From NCBI GenBank assembly GCA_030324005.1, contig JARDVH010000193.1:38095132-38159131 (forward strand): a stretch of DNA of 64,000 nt. Direction: 5' to 3'. A program made the translations under genes and the position numbers. Positions 1 to 12,724 of the stretch are shown piece by piece. The stretch's first letter is position 1, and every line of letters begins with the position of its first letter. The stretch is from Negaprion brevirostris (lineage: Eukaryota). The notes beneath the pieces are model-generated. The model was not told the origin of the DNA, ran no database searches, and saw only the letters and a list, made by a program, of their open reading frames with translations.

Positions 1-769
1 GGACGTTTGCTGTACAGTTACCTGTATACCTACTGTTACTGTCGATTAAATGTTGTAACATTTGCCAAGCAGCCAGTGTTAATTTTTGGAACCATGCACA
101 AGGTTAAAAGCCTAATTCTCAATGTTTTCCTATCCTTCAGCCAAAGATTTAGTGCCACTAGTAATTAATTTAAACAGCTCTGAGACTTGCCACACCTCTG
201 ACATTTACTTGGCTGGTACAACCAGGAAGGTTGGTCGGCAGAAAATGAAACTTTAGAATGCTAGGTGGATACTGNNNNNNNNNNTCTGCCCATTTTAGTT
301 CACTGATGACCATAATTTGATTTTTTTTTTTTCCTGTCCTCTGGTCACACATTTCAGCTATACTGATTTTCATCATGTTGCCATTCCTGGAAGATGTATG
401 TTGGTTATGCAAATGTGAAGTGGTTATTCCTTCTGTCTTAAATTGCCTGCTCATTGGTTTAAACCATTGGTCTCTTGTTGTTTTCTTGGAGTGTTCTGGA
501 CTTTTCTTATCTGTGCTTATTAATATGTTGTATTCTTCTTTCCTGCCTCTAGAGACTCATGAGGCAGACAAAGTGCATTCTTACGTTTCTTCGAAGCTAG
601 TTTTTCCTGGATCAAATTGCTGGCCAAGTGCCAGAAACTTGTCACTTGGGTGGCACTGCTCTACATCGAAACATGGCTGACTAGGTGCTACTTGCAAAGA
701 TGAAATGAAAGAAGCTATAGATTAATAAGCAAGCTGCTTAGCCATGTTATGAATACACATTCCTTGACC

Positions 770-840
770 ATCAAGGCCTGGAGTGGGATTCAAACGTTGA
801 GCTCATGTCCCAGAGGCAGGGGCGCTACCCACTGTGCCTC
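770..840 (-). mobile_element. tRNA-derived head of a Deu-type SINE
   Basis: Reverse complement reads ggcacagtgggtagcgcc...gtttgaatcccactccagg (A/B-box-like head). Confidence 0.55.
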
Positions 841-842
841 AA

Positions 843-1235
843 CATAGAAATATAGAAGACGGGAGCAAAAGGAAGCCATTTGGCCTTCAAACCTGCTCCA
901 CCATTCATTACGATCATGGCTGATCATCCAACTCAATAGCCTAACCCTGCTTTTTCCCAATAACCGTTGATCCCATTCTCCCCAAGTGCTATATCCGGCT
1001 GCCTCTTAATACATTCAATGTTTTGGCTTCAACTATTTCCTTTGGTAATGTATTTGACAGGCTTACCACTCTTTGGGTGAAGAAATGTCTTTTCACCCCT
1101 GTCCTAAATCCTCAGACTGTGACTCCTGGTTCTGGATTCCCCGTCTGAACGCCAGTGAAAACAATCCTAACCTAGTCAATCTCTCCTCATACGTAAGTCC
1201 TGCCATCCCCGGAATCAGCCTGGTAAACCTCCCAT
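843..1235 (-). mobile_element. CR1-type LINE 3' fragment
   Basis: aacatagaaatatag tail followed by gccatttggcc...atcatggctgatc, the reverse-complemented CR1 3' UTR, then degenerate ORF2 C-terminus. Confidence 0.75.
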
Positions 1236-2618
1236 GTCATACGAACTCTATAAATTTTTCTGACGTTCACCTCTTTTCAAGGTTAAAGGACCACGTTCTC
1301 AGTATTTCGATGCTAGGGATTACCCTTGAGGCTTTAATGTTTGTTACGTATTGAAAACCAAAACTAAAAACAGTGCTAAACTCTCCATCAGTACGTTTGG
1401 TTTGCTTTGTATGTCGCTGTATACTTAGGTGCCGAATCTGCAATCACCCAGATTCTGTTCCACATCACCTTTAACACTGCTTCACCTTCATGACAAAGTT
1501 GCAGTATTGTTTTTCTTCCTGCTTTGGGTTTTTGAATCCAAGTGGTTAAAAGCGTGACAAACAGTGGAGCTCCCAGAAGGATCCCTGGATGCACTTCTCT
1601 CTTGCTCTTTGTTCTCTTTCTTTCTCCTGTCACTCTGAACAGGCTGCTTTCTTCCCTTTAGCCAACCCCTTTTTCAGGTTTTACCTGAAGTCCTGTCGTT
1701 CAGTTTTCTGAATTCTGAACAGAATTGCTTATGCTGTCACTAGTACTCTGGAATCAGTCCCAGAATTTAAATGCGATGCACTTTGAGAGTATTGACAATC
1801 GGGACAAAATAAAATTGGCACTAAGCAGTGAAAACATTGTACAAAATTTCCCTGGCATTGCATCATTTTTTACCTGACTGAGCATGCATGCTACTAAGCC
1901 AATTGCCTGCAGATTTGCTGTGCAGTTGGCTGGTAGAATTGCTTGCTGATATCTAGCTTTGATTTATTTTCTTCGCTAGCTAAATTGGGATCGTTGCATG
2001 AGATTTCTCTGCACTAACAAGTTTCCTCAGTCATTTCCCTCCACGTTGTATTATTTTTGTCTGTCTCATGACTTTTGTGTGAGATAAATGCCTCGCTTGG
2101 CTTCACATCTCTTGTCAATCACAGCAGTGTTGGGAATGAACTCTTATTTCCACATATCCATACTTGTGCTTTCATTGGCAGATCTGCAGGTAAACAAATA
2201 CGTAGATGAAATGACGGGCTGAATAGCACAGACACGGGCTATTTCGACCATTGGGTCTGTGCCAGTATTTTTGTTTATTCCCTACATTAATACTACTCTA
2301 TTGCTCACTGCAACAAGCAACTACTTAACATCAAACAAAGAAGATGGACTCTGCTTCAACAACAGTCTATGCAAATAATTATGTCCAGCCTTTTTCATTC
2401 TTTTTGCATCTCTTCTGAAGTGGGTGCTATGTTGTCTATCTGCTGCTTTGAGTACAGTGTCCATGTGCTCCAATAAATAATGTAAAACTAATATTTGTTG
2501 CAAATAAATGACAAACTATTAATTGGAACAGATTTCTAAGACCTGTCTGCTCTGACAAGTGATTTAGAACCTTTGAGGGGTGTAGAACATACCTGTTGCC
2601 TCAAGTTGATTATATAAT

Positions 2619-2938
2619 AGAATCATAGGGTCCCTACAGTGCAGAAAGGGACCATTTAGCCCATGAAGTCTGTACTGATTCTCTGCCCTATTCCCATAAT
2701 ACCACACACTTACGTAACCTACCCATCTTTGGATACTAAGGGGCAATTTAGTATGGCCAGTCCACCTAACCTGCGCATCTTTCGACTGTGGGAAGAAACC
2801 GGAATACCCAGAGGAAATCTATGCAGGCACTGGGAGAATATGCAATCTTTCACAGACGATCACCCAAAGCTGGAATCGAACCTGGGTCGCTGGTGCTGTG
2901 AGGCTGCAATGCTAACCACTGCACCATGGTACCACTCC
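2619..2938 (-). mobile_element. HE1-like tRNA-derived SINE (CR1-type tail)
   Basis: Tail atcatagggtccctacagtgcag; body tttagtatggcc...actgtgggaagaaacc; head ctgtgaggctgcaatgctaaccactg. Confidence 0.88.
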
Positions 2939-3134
2939 TAATTTTGATGTTACGATCCTGGATTCAGACCTATAAGTTTTTGGTAAGATCTGCTAGGGAC
3001 CAATAACCTTTTGTTTAAAAGAAACAATGCTTGAGACTCAATGCGCTTGCTGAGTGAGTAAAACCACAAGTTTTGAACAGAGATCAGAAAGATAAAACAA
3101 TTTATGACTGGCCAGATTCTTTAACTGCTCCCTT

Positions 3135-3277
3135 AGATAGGCTCTTGATTAATAAGGGGATGAGGGGTTATGGGGAAAAGGCAGGAAAATGGGGATAAGA
3201 AAAATATCAGCCATGATTGAATGGCAGAGCAGACTCGATGGGCTGAGTGGCCTAATTCTGCTCTGATGTCTTATGGC
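3135..3277 (+). mobile_element. CR1 3' UTR fragment
   Basis: ggttatggggaaaaggcagg...atcagccatgattgaatggcagagcagactcgatgggctgagtggcctaattctgctc. Confidence 0.8.
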
Positions 3278-3350
3278 TAGGATTCTCTGGTCCTGCTAGT
3301 GTGAACAGAAATTTGGCTGAGCAGCAAATTCTCCATTCTTGCTGGCTGTA
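3277..3350. repeat. Small palindromic non-autonomous element (MITE-like)
   Basis: ggattctctggtcc...ttggctgagcagcaaattctccattct; imperfect reverse complement of 4515-4580, and shares its start with 12797-12812. Confidence 0.55.
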
Positions 3351-4479
3351 GTAGTTGGCATGTGAGCCAACATTTATCTTCTACTCTTAACATGCAGGAT
3401 TATCCAGCAACTGTGGCCAAACACAGCACATTGCATAATATATGATATATGCAACCAAGACAAATTCCACATATATCTCAAAAACCCACCCAGACATCAG
3501 TAGCTCCGCAGGTCAGATAATTCATTGAAACTCTGTCTCCCTCTTGCCTTTGTTCATCTTGGAATTTTCTCAAAGTCCCACACCAAACTTGGAACAATCT
3601 CAACAAAGGCCTATCTTGCAGTCTCTTCTCCTCAGACTCCATTTCCCTGGATTCCCAAGTTGCCCTCAAGCACCATTTTAGTTCTGTAGCCGTGCTACAT
3701 AGTTACCCACTGCTCCAGAGGGATGCCTTCACCCAATTGGAGCACAGAGTCTTCCTCTGTCTCCTTAGATCTTAAAGGGCCCCTTCTGAACCCTCTTTGA
3801 TTATCACTGCCAAACTGCTGCCCTTTTTCTGCTTGGAGCCTTAATTGCTCTGATTTGTTTTTCTTAATTGGAGCCTGTATCTCTGCCTGGAACTCTTCTT
3901 TTGGGATATGTCCCTGTCCCCTGTCTGGGAGTCTTCTCTTCAACAGTGCTTTGTTCTCAGTAATGTGACCAGGTTTTTCACGTCATTTTTCTTTTTTACG
4001 CAGTCATACTGATGCCAGGCTGGCTGAACTCTTTAGCTGCCGGCGGAGAAATCCAGGGCAGAGCATGCACGGCCTGACATGCTGTGGATGTTCCAGAAAT
4101 CATGACCTGCTGGGAATTGTAGTCCTTGGCCCGAAGAACTAAAAGCTGAATTGCGCATGCACAGCCCACTTCCAATCTACGCATACGCAGAAACTCCAAG
4201 GTCTTTTAGGACTTGGAGTTCCCAATCTCTGGCTTCAACAAAAAGTTTACTTTGCTTATGTAACATTGGATTGCTCTGTTTACCTGCCCTGGTGAATGGA
4301 TGCATCTACTGTATGTGGAACCCATTGCCATTCATTCCTGTTGTCAATTCAACTGACATAATAGAGAATATGTTCACAATATCAGCATATTGTATGCAGC
4401 AAGAAATTGAATAATTTTAGATGGGCTGTTCTCATTTTAAGTAATTAACATGTTTACAAGGTGTGTGGAAGATAATAAT

Positions 4480-4580
4480 TGCTGGATGTCGTTTGCCCCA
4501 CCACCGCTGCTAACGAGAATGGAGAATTTGATGCTCAGTCAAATCTTCATTCACTGCAGAGATCCGAGAATTCCAGCTGA
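4480..4580. repeat. Small palindromic non-autonomous element (MITE-like)
   Basis: gctggat...gagaatggagaatttgatgctcagtcaaat...gagaattccagc; inverted relative to 3277-3350. Confidence 0.55.
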
Positions 4581-4677
4581 TGTGTTGTGCATACTAAGAA
4601 ATGCAGCACATTTCAGGGGAAGATTAATGGAAACACTTGGTTAAAAAATTGGAACTTGAAGTCCAAATCAAAAAAAA

Positions 4678-5005
4678 ACCTACAGTGCAGAAGGAAGCCA
4701 TTCAGCTCATTGGGTCCACGCTGACAAAAGTCCCATCTAGGCCTAATCCCTGTAACCACACACATTTACCTGACTAATCCCTCTAACCTACACAGCCTGG
4801 GATACTTGAGGGGCAATTTAGCATGACCAGTGCACCTAACTCGCACATCTTTGGACTGTGGGAGGAAACCAGAGTACCCAGGGGAAACCCACACAGACAT
4901 GGGGAGAATGTGCAAACTCCACATAGTGAACCAAGCCGGGACTTGAACCCAGGTCCCTGGAGTTGTGAGGCAGCAGTGCTAACCACTGTGCCATCATGAC
5001 GCCCC
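4678..5005 (-). mobile_element. HE1-like tRNA SINE (CR1-type tail)
   Basis: cctacagtgcagaaggaagcc tail; complete body; head gcagtgctaaccactgtgcc. Confidence 0.9.
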
Positions 5006-5739
5006 AATTATTTCTGAATGTTTTTCAGGGTATCAGCACAGCAAATGGCTTAGTTATTTTTGCATTTATAATCTTTTGAGATTTGCAGCATTAATTGTGA
5101 AATGCTTATTCATTTGCTCACCGTCTGACAGTATGCCTGCCCATCTGAAAATATTTGTATTTTTGGCAATTTATTTGTTATTTGAATCCCATTATAAGTG
5201 TCCTGGAAGTGTGTGAGATTTTATATATGAAAACAAAAATAGTTGGGAGGGTCTTCAGTACTGTCTAACAGAATCTTGATTCTTTTGCTGAATTCTAACC
5301 CTAGCCAGATTGTTCACTTCTCAACCAAAACACAAAATAATCTGAACTGCCACTGAATTTTGAATTATAAGAGAAGCCAGCTCACCATGGCACCTGGCTT
5401 GCTCTTTTCCTATACAGGAAATAACGATTGCAAATAATTCAAAAGAAAATCTAAACTGGGGAGCAGAGAACAGGTGTGGGAAGTTAAACTTCACGCTTGC
5501 AGATGGACCTGACTAGCTTCTGGTCTTGGATTTTTAAAAACCTAATGCAGTTTTATTGACTTCATTTCTCACCTCATGGGGATGTAGTATAGCTGCTGAA
5601 TTCTCTGGGCTTACTCACGAAGGGGATCATTGATGTGAGCATTTAAACTGAAATTATGCTTCCCAATTGCAGGACATGTCCTAGCTGCTACAGAAGTTGG
5701 GATTCTTAACACTAGTGAGGAGAAGGCTCAGGATTTGTT

Positions 5740-6035
5740 CAAGTATTCAAATATGCTTAAGGGAGTAGTTAAATTGATCCCTGATATTATGTTGGAGATT
5801 ACCACAAGATCCACACCCAGGTGATGGGGCTGAAGTTGAGAAGAGGTATAGTACATGTATAGCGTAGTTTAGTTTAGATTGAACTACTTTACACACAGAA
5901 TGATAAATTTTTGAAAGGGCTTGTCTGAGGGTGGGGGTTGGACAGTGTGGAAAGATTGGTCAATGTATAAAGGAAATTATAACTGAGATTTTTTGGACTG
6001 ACCAGATGGACTGAATAAATCTTTTTTGGTCTGAT
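5740..6035 (+). mobile_element. Degenerate CR1 3' end
   Basis: tacttttacacacagaatgataaat (FFTQRV-like C-terminus) and gatggactgaata tail. Confidence 0.5.
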
Positions 6036-6739
6036 GTGGATAAAATGGTTACTGGTCTACCCTGTGGTAGCGTATCATAATAATGTCCTGAATATAGGAA
6101 TCTGTGTATTTTTTTTTAAACTGAAACTTGTCCCTACTGACTAATTTATTTCCAACTCTAACCATTTCAACAGGTGCACTGAAACTTTTCCAGCCCACAA
6201 AGCTAGGGACCAAATCATTTCTGGATTTTTGAATTTTCTGGCTTTTTGAATGATGTTTAGAAGGCCTAATCGTAAAATGTGAACCAGAAATTACCGTAAA
6301 TATAGCCATTGATAAAGTGGTATAAAGCTGTTACAAAAATTGTTTCACTTATCCAAATACCAGTCATCTTTACTGAGGCCACTGTCTTGATTTGTTGCAG
6401 CATCTGGATAGTCAAAGCCAGTGAGTTGCTCAAAGAATTTCCAGACAACTGATGTTATTGAACAATAGATTTCTGGACTGGAGACATTACAGCGTACAAA
6501 GCACCATACGCTCAAACAAAACCATTTAATGCATACACATCAGGGATCATTCCTGGTCTCAAAGCAATGCATCTGTTTTGAATGTAATAAACCCAATGAA
6601 TAAGACAACACGTGAATGTTCCAGGAGATGCATTTTGAAGAAATCATTTTCTTCAAAAACTCTATTTGTGTAGCTAATTTGTTCCTTGGTAACTTGGACT
6701 TAACATGAATGTAACTGTAGCTGTCAGAAACTATGAACT

Positions 6740-7660
6740 CCTAGCACAAATACAGGCCATTTGGATCAACCAGAGCTATGCCTCGGCCAGCCCTGAAAGA
6801 GCTATTGATTTGCCCTGCCCCCATGATTATCTCCATCATCCAGCAAATGTTTCCTTTTTAGTGTTAACGCACTTTTGAAAATTACTATTGAATCTATTTC
6901 CACCACCAATCAAACCTGCTGTGTTTGTTTTTAAAAAAAACCTCTCCTTGCTTTGTCATGACCGTTAACCTGCATTCTTTTGTTCACTGACCCTCCCGCC
7001 AATGGGAGACATCTATTGTTATCAAAAGCTACCACAATTTTGATTGTTTCCGTTAAATTTTCGCTTTATCCTTTTGCTGATGGAACAATCCCATCCTTTC
7101 CAGTCCCTCCAGATAACTGAATTTCCTCATCATAGAGTCCCTACAATGCAGAAGGAGGCCATTNNNNNNNNNNNNNNNNNNNNNNNNNNNNNNNNNNNNN
7201 NNNNNNNNNNNNNNNNNNNNNNNNNNNNNNNNNNNNNNNNNNNNNNNNNNNNNNNNNNNNNNNNNNNNNNNNNNNNNNNNNNNNNNNNNNNNNNNNNNNN
7301 NNNNNNNNNNNNNNNNNNNNNNNNNNNNNNNNNNNNNNNNNNNNNNNNNNNNNNNNNNNNNNNNNNNNNNNNNNNNNNNNNNNNNNNNNNNNNNNNNNNN
7401 NNNNNNNNNNNNNNNNNNNNNNNNNNNNNNNNNNNNNNNNNNNNNNNNNNNNNNNNNNNNNNNNNNNNNNNNNNACTGTGAGGCAGCAGTGCTAACCACT
7501 GTGCCATCCCTAGTTTTATTCTGGTAAATCTGTGTGTCCTTTTCATAGTCTAGACTTTTTAAAGTGTGGTACCCAGAAATAGACATGTTACTTTAGCTGA
7601 AACCATTCGTTTATTATAAAGTTTATCATAACTTCCTTGCTTTTGTACTCTGTCTCTCAA
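6740..7660 (-). mobile_element. Old CR1 3' fragment interrupted by a SINE
   Basis: Minus-strand peptide FSYLEGLERMGLF (YxERLxxLGLF motif); similarity resumes after 7510. Confidence 0.6.
7130..7510 (-). mobile_element. HE1-like SINE spanning an assembly gap
   Basis: Tail catagagtccctacaatgcagaaggaggcc before the gap; head ctgtgaggcagcagtgctaaccactgtgcc after it. Confidence 0.8.
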
Positions 7661-10039
7661 TTAAATCAAGGATATGAAAACTTTTCTGTCTTGGGCCGTC
7701 GTGCAAATGGCAAGAGGAAGTAATTGGTTCTGACTGTCTGCAATCACATTTTTCAACCCATCGGCTCCAATCCTATCTTTTGATGGAGCCAACTTTTGAT
7801 CCCAGTGGGGGTAAAAAAGCACATTCTTCTTGTGAAATGTTGGCAGGCTGACGCATGGGTTGAAATGCTGATGGCTGCACACATGACTTTACCTGAAATG
7901 TATAATAGATCCAGTGTTATAATCCTAAATGAGATCAAGCCTGCTAAACCAGGAAAAGTTTTTTTTAAATTCTGCACTTTTGATGCAGAATTTAAGGACT
8001 GATTTTTCTAGGATTAGTTTGTGGAATGTGACCATCACATGTTTGAGATCTTTTGTTGATTATTTGGATGTGGCAGCGCTAGTCACTTAGTAAATGGTCG
8101 AGCTGCCTCTTTGAGATGTGCCCATAATGCCCAATATCTGATAGTAACCCAAGAATGTAATGGTAATGTAGAAATAGACATTTGTATTCTTTAAGCTGAG
8201 CAAACACTTGGTGAGATGAGGACAGATATGATTCATGAGACTGCTCTAGTGCATGAATGTACAGAGAAATACTTATGAACAGATTCACTTATTCCAATCA
8301 GTATGACTTGTTCTTGCTTAATGCCAAAGAATAAACATTCTGTGCTTCCCTGTATAATAAATGGGTCATCTTGCTTGACTTAAACAAAATAATTCCTGAC
8401 TACCATCTGCATGCTAACTTTAATAGCTTTTGTTGGGGCACCAGTGCCTCTTAATTTTAAGTTTCAAAAGCTTGCCTGCATGTATTTTATCAGATGAAAG
8501 GCATAGTGGAGCTTGGAACAGTGGTGATGTTTTTTTTTCAGTGGTTGAGATAGGCTAATGCATTACTTATTATTTGTAGTATATGGCAAAACATAATCAA
8601 GGCTAGTACATTAACAGCTTGACTCCCTATTGTTTGAGTCTTTTTAAATTTGTGTGTAAACGTTGCAAGTAAACATTGAGTGTGAAGAATTGATGCATTA
8701 CAGCAACAAATAAGCACAGAATTTTGCTGAAGTATTACGTACTAGTTGAGCTGAAATAATTCGATATTTTAGATCAAATAATTTGTTCCATTTATTTATT
8801 ATAGTGGAAGAAGGCAAGAATATATTTTGCATTCTAGCTGTTGCCTGCACTTGCTGTTTGCTTCAAAAACATTGCGTTGATGACATTAAGAGAACTGCAA
8901 AGTTGGTGAAATCCTAATCCTCTTATCAGTCCACTTGTCTGCTAACACTGGATGGACAGTTGTCCTTAATAGCTGTCATTTAGTAGAGCAAAACAGTCAG
9001 TGGGATAGTGTGATATCTTGGATTGAAACCTGTTAATATCCTATAGAGGAGCATGCAGTGCATTTCCTATTTTGTACAAACCTTTTATTGTGTACCTTAT
9101 TGTATCTGTAGTTTTAGAAATACTGCTTTCCGTCCCCTCAGGCTTGTCAGTAAGGTCTGTAACACCGAGTTTGGTTTGAGGGGAAGGTTTTCTCTGTTTG
9201 GATTGCTGCAGGAATTGTTCAGGATGATTGGGAGGTGAGACAATCCTTAATAGTTTTGCACTTCAATCATGCTCTCCTCCCTCCAGCCCCACTACCTACT
9301 CAGGTATTTTCATCTGGTGGACAAGATAATACGTTCAGCTAGCTGCTCTGCTGTAGCTTTGATTCACTGATATAGTAACTTGCTGTGCCATTTTTCATCA
9401 TGTATACTGGAGTAAATTGAATGGACTTAAATCAATCCAAAATGTATTGATTCTTTGGCTTGACCTCCTCATTGACTTTCACTGTTTTACGATGACCCTT
9501 TGACCAAATCTGTCACATCAATTGATAGGGGATTTGAACTATAATGGAGGCAGTTGATAGTGGAGGAATAAAGGCCTAAATGCTGGGAATGGCAGGCCTT
9601 AATTCACAATCTGTGTGAGATGCTTTTATTTTTACCTTTCTGGAAACCCATTTTATTAGCTTCTTTGTGGGAAGAATGGATGGGCTTTTAATTGCAAAAC
9701 TGTGGAAGCAATTTAAAGTAAAAGAAATGTTATAAAGAAAATAACTACTCTTGTCAGAGGGTCATTAGTAATATCAAGATATGCATATCAGTGTGCGTAA
9801 CATTTATTTTCCAGGCATTCTGTTTTGCAAGATGAATTCAAATTGTGAAAATTGTTGTTCTCCTAATGGAGAAAAAATCATTTAAGTTCTTTCTTTAGTG
9901 TAGTTGCAAAATGTGATATTTCAGTTTTTAGATGCATCCCAATCTGTGTGCTAATTACCCAAATTTAGCAGACACCATGTTTAGGGTGTGGTGTTGGGAT
10001 TCAGAAGGATGGTATACAAATACTTTGGATGAGTCACTA

Positions 10040-10240
10040 AACTTGAGGGCACATCATTACTTGAATGGATGTAAAATATTGTTTGGCGCCCTTTTGAAGA
10101 AGTTGGGGAAGTTCATGTGTTTTGGCCAACATCCAGTCCTCAACCAACATCACTGAAAAGAAAATTTTTAAAATATCAATTATTTCTGACACAAGATCAG
10201 GCATATTAGCCTTTATACAGCGCAAAATATTTGCGGTGTG
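10040..10240 (+). mobile_element. Deu-domain SINE fragment
   Basis: ggatgtaaaa...ttttgaagaag...ttggccaacatcc...ctcaaccaacatcact resembles the Deu core of AmnSINE1/SacSINE1. Confidence 0.6.
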
Positions 10241-10424
10241 GAAATTTAGTCATATTTAGACAAATCAGATCTGTGTTTTTTAGCCAGCATATTGAGTGAA
10301 GATTTTATTGCATGGTGACGTTATCAAGGATCAATTTAGCTCCCATTTTAAAATAAAGAATTATTATTGGGGTTGTATTTTAAGTTTTTGCCCAACCTAA
10401 CAGAAGAAGCAAAAAATATTGTGG

Positions 10425-11415
10425 CCATGCCACAGGAGCCTTTATATATTCACCTGGACTGGCACAGGTAGTTTAACATTTCATCTAAAAGACAACAACC
10501 TTGACAGTACAGCACTCCCACAGTACTGTACTGAAGGGTCTGGCTCGATTGTGTTTGAAAAGAACAAAGAAGGCACATGAACAGGCCCTTCAGCCCTCCA
10601 GCCTAAGCTGATCATGTTTATCTATCTAACCATCCACTTATATCCCTCTATTCCCCATTTGCTCATATACCAATTGAGATGAGACTTAAATGTGGCTAAC
10701 GTAACTGCCTCAACCACCTCACTTGGCAGTGTGTTACAGGCCCCCACCACAAAAAAAACTTCCCCCACACATCTCCACTGAACCTTTACCCCCTTATCTT
10801 GAACTGGTGCCCTCTTGTAATTGTCATTTCTTCCCTGGGAAAAAGCTTCCGACTGTTCACCCTATATCTAGCTCCCATAATTTTAAAAACTTCTATCAGG
10901 TCTCCCCTCAGCCTCCGTTTTTTCAGGGAGAACAATCCCAGTTTATTTCAATCTCTCCTCGTAGCTAATACCCTCCATATCAGGCAACATCCTGGTAAAC
11001 CTTTTCTGCACTCTCTCCGAGGTCTCCACGTTCCTTTGGTAGGATGGCGACCAGAATTGGACACAATATTCCAAATGTGGCCTAACCAATGTTTTATACA
11101 ACTGTAACATAGTTTGCCAGCTTTTATACTTGATGCCGCATTTGATGAAGGCGAGCATGCCATATGCTTTCTTCACCATGTTTTCCACCTGTACTGCCAC
11201 TTTTAAGAATCTGTGGACCTGTGCTATTTCTCTGTGTGTCTGTTCTCCTGATTGTTTTGCCATTTATTTATAGCTCCCACCTGAATTGGATCTACCAAAA
11301 TGCATCACCTCATTTATTCAGATTAAATTCCATCAAGTCTCTGCAGTGGAGCTCAAGCCCATGAATTTCCAACTCACACAGGCAACAGTGCTATCTCTAA
11401 ACCAAAGTTGACTGA
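10425..11415 (-). mobile_element. Deu-domain SINE split by a CR1 insertion
   Basis: Head at 11341-11415 and body at 10430-10557 (reverse complement cagtacagtactgtgggagtgctgtactgtc...ttagatgaaatgttaaac). Confidence 0.7.
10560..11335 (-). mobile_element. CR1 LINE 3' fragment (ORF2 C-terminus and tail)
   Basis: Peptide VKKAYGMLAFI...LQLYKTLVRPHLEYCVQFWSPSYQR...ISYEERL; gaacaaagaa tail. Confidence 0.92.
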
Positions 11416-12269
11416 AACTGTTATGTGGAATGTAGTCCCCATCCTAGTTGTGGCACTGACTGAACTCATTGCACCTTTATTGCTTGTAATTGTCAAGTCA
11501 CCACACGACCCATTCTTCGTGATCAAGGAGCTACTTGTACGAGAAGCTGTGTTGCTCAACTTGGAGATAGGAGTTTCAAAAATCCCTTTTCTTTACAATT
11601 GGGCAGAAGTAATTGTTCACTTAAATTTCCTTTAATGTCCTACTACACAGACATTACCTCAGTCAACTAGTGGCAGCAAGTTTAAATTAAGCAATTAATC
11701 AGCCCCCCCCGGCCCCCTTATTAATNNNNNNNNNNNNNNNNNNNNNNNNNNNNNNNNNNNNNNNNNNNNNNNNNNNNNNNNNNNNNNNNNNNNNNNNNNN
11801 NNNNNNNNNNNNNNNNNNNNNNNNNNNNNNNNNNNNNNNNNNNNNNNNNNNNNNNNNNNNNNNNNNNNNNNNNNNNNNNNNNNNNNNNNNNNNNNNNNNN
11901 NNNNNNNNNNNNNNNNNNNNNNNNNNNNNNATCAACTTGTCGGGCCAACTTTTGGGTAAATATAACGTTCTGCGATTCCTGTTTTTTTTTCCCTTGCTCA
12001 ACTGCGCAGCTTCTGCAAAAATAAAAACATTTTGCTGGTAAAATAGGCTATTGTGATTGTTTGACTCATGATTATAGACCAAGTTTCAGTGTAGCTTTTT
12101 GCTGCAGTAACACATATTTTGTTTTGCAATGCTTTGTGAGGCTGCACTGATGTGAAATTCTCTCTGAAATGACTAACTGATGGGCTGGGTACTATGTCAG
12201 TCAACTTTGGTTTAGAGGTAGCACTATTGTCTTTGAGTTGGGAATTCATGGGTATCAGCTGTACAGTAG

Positions 12270-12415
12270 TCATGATGTGGGTATGCCGGCGTTGGGCTGG
12301 GGTAAACACAGTGAAAAGTCTGACAACACCAGGTTTTAGTCCAACCGATTTAGATGTGGGTTTATTATCAAATAAATCGGTTGGACTAAAACCTGGTGTT
12401 GTCAGACTTTTTACT
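12270..12415. mobile_element. Penelope-like hairpin mini-element
   Basis: aaaagtctgacaacaccaggttttagtccaaccgattta ... taaatcggttggactaaaacctggtgttgtcagactttt inverted repeat; imperfect 18-bp TSD (12252-12269 / 12416-12433). Confidence 0.7.
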
Positions 12416-12724
12416 GTATCAGCTCTACTGCAGGGATCTGAGTATATAACCTAGGTGAATCTTCCAGTACAGTATTGAGGGAGTGCTGCACTGTCAGAAG
12501 TGGTGTTTTTTGAATGAAATATTAAACTGGGCCCTTATCTGCCACCTTAGGTGGATGTAAAGAAACCTGTGGCACTGTTCAGGAGATGGAACAAAGTTCT
12601 TTGGTGTTCTGGCTAATATTTATTGCTTAACAGTCAAAAAAAAGTGATAATTTATGTCACTGCTGTTTGTAAGATTTAATGTTTGCAAATTAGAGGACAT
12701 GTTTAATTACATTGCAGCAGAGAC

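Larger units (their letters stand above)
2948..4265. mobile_element. Probable solo LTR with nested insertions
   Basis: Ends TGTTAC (2948) ... GTAACA (4265) are a 6-bp inverted terminus with TG...CA; flanks tttga/ttgga are a near-TSD; promoter-type motifs lie near the right end. Confidence 0.35.

Noticed and set aside
3277-4580. A 1.3-kb DNA transposon bounded by inverted repeats at 3277-3350 and 4515-4580
   Set aside because: The arms look like independent copies of a small dispersed palindromic family also seen at 12.8 and 55.7 kb; no TSD or transposase
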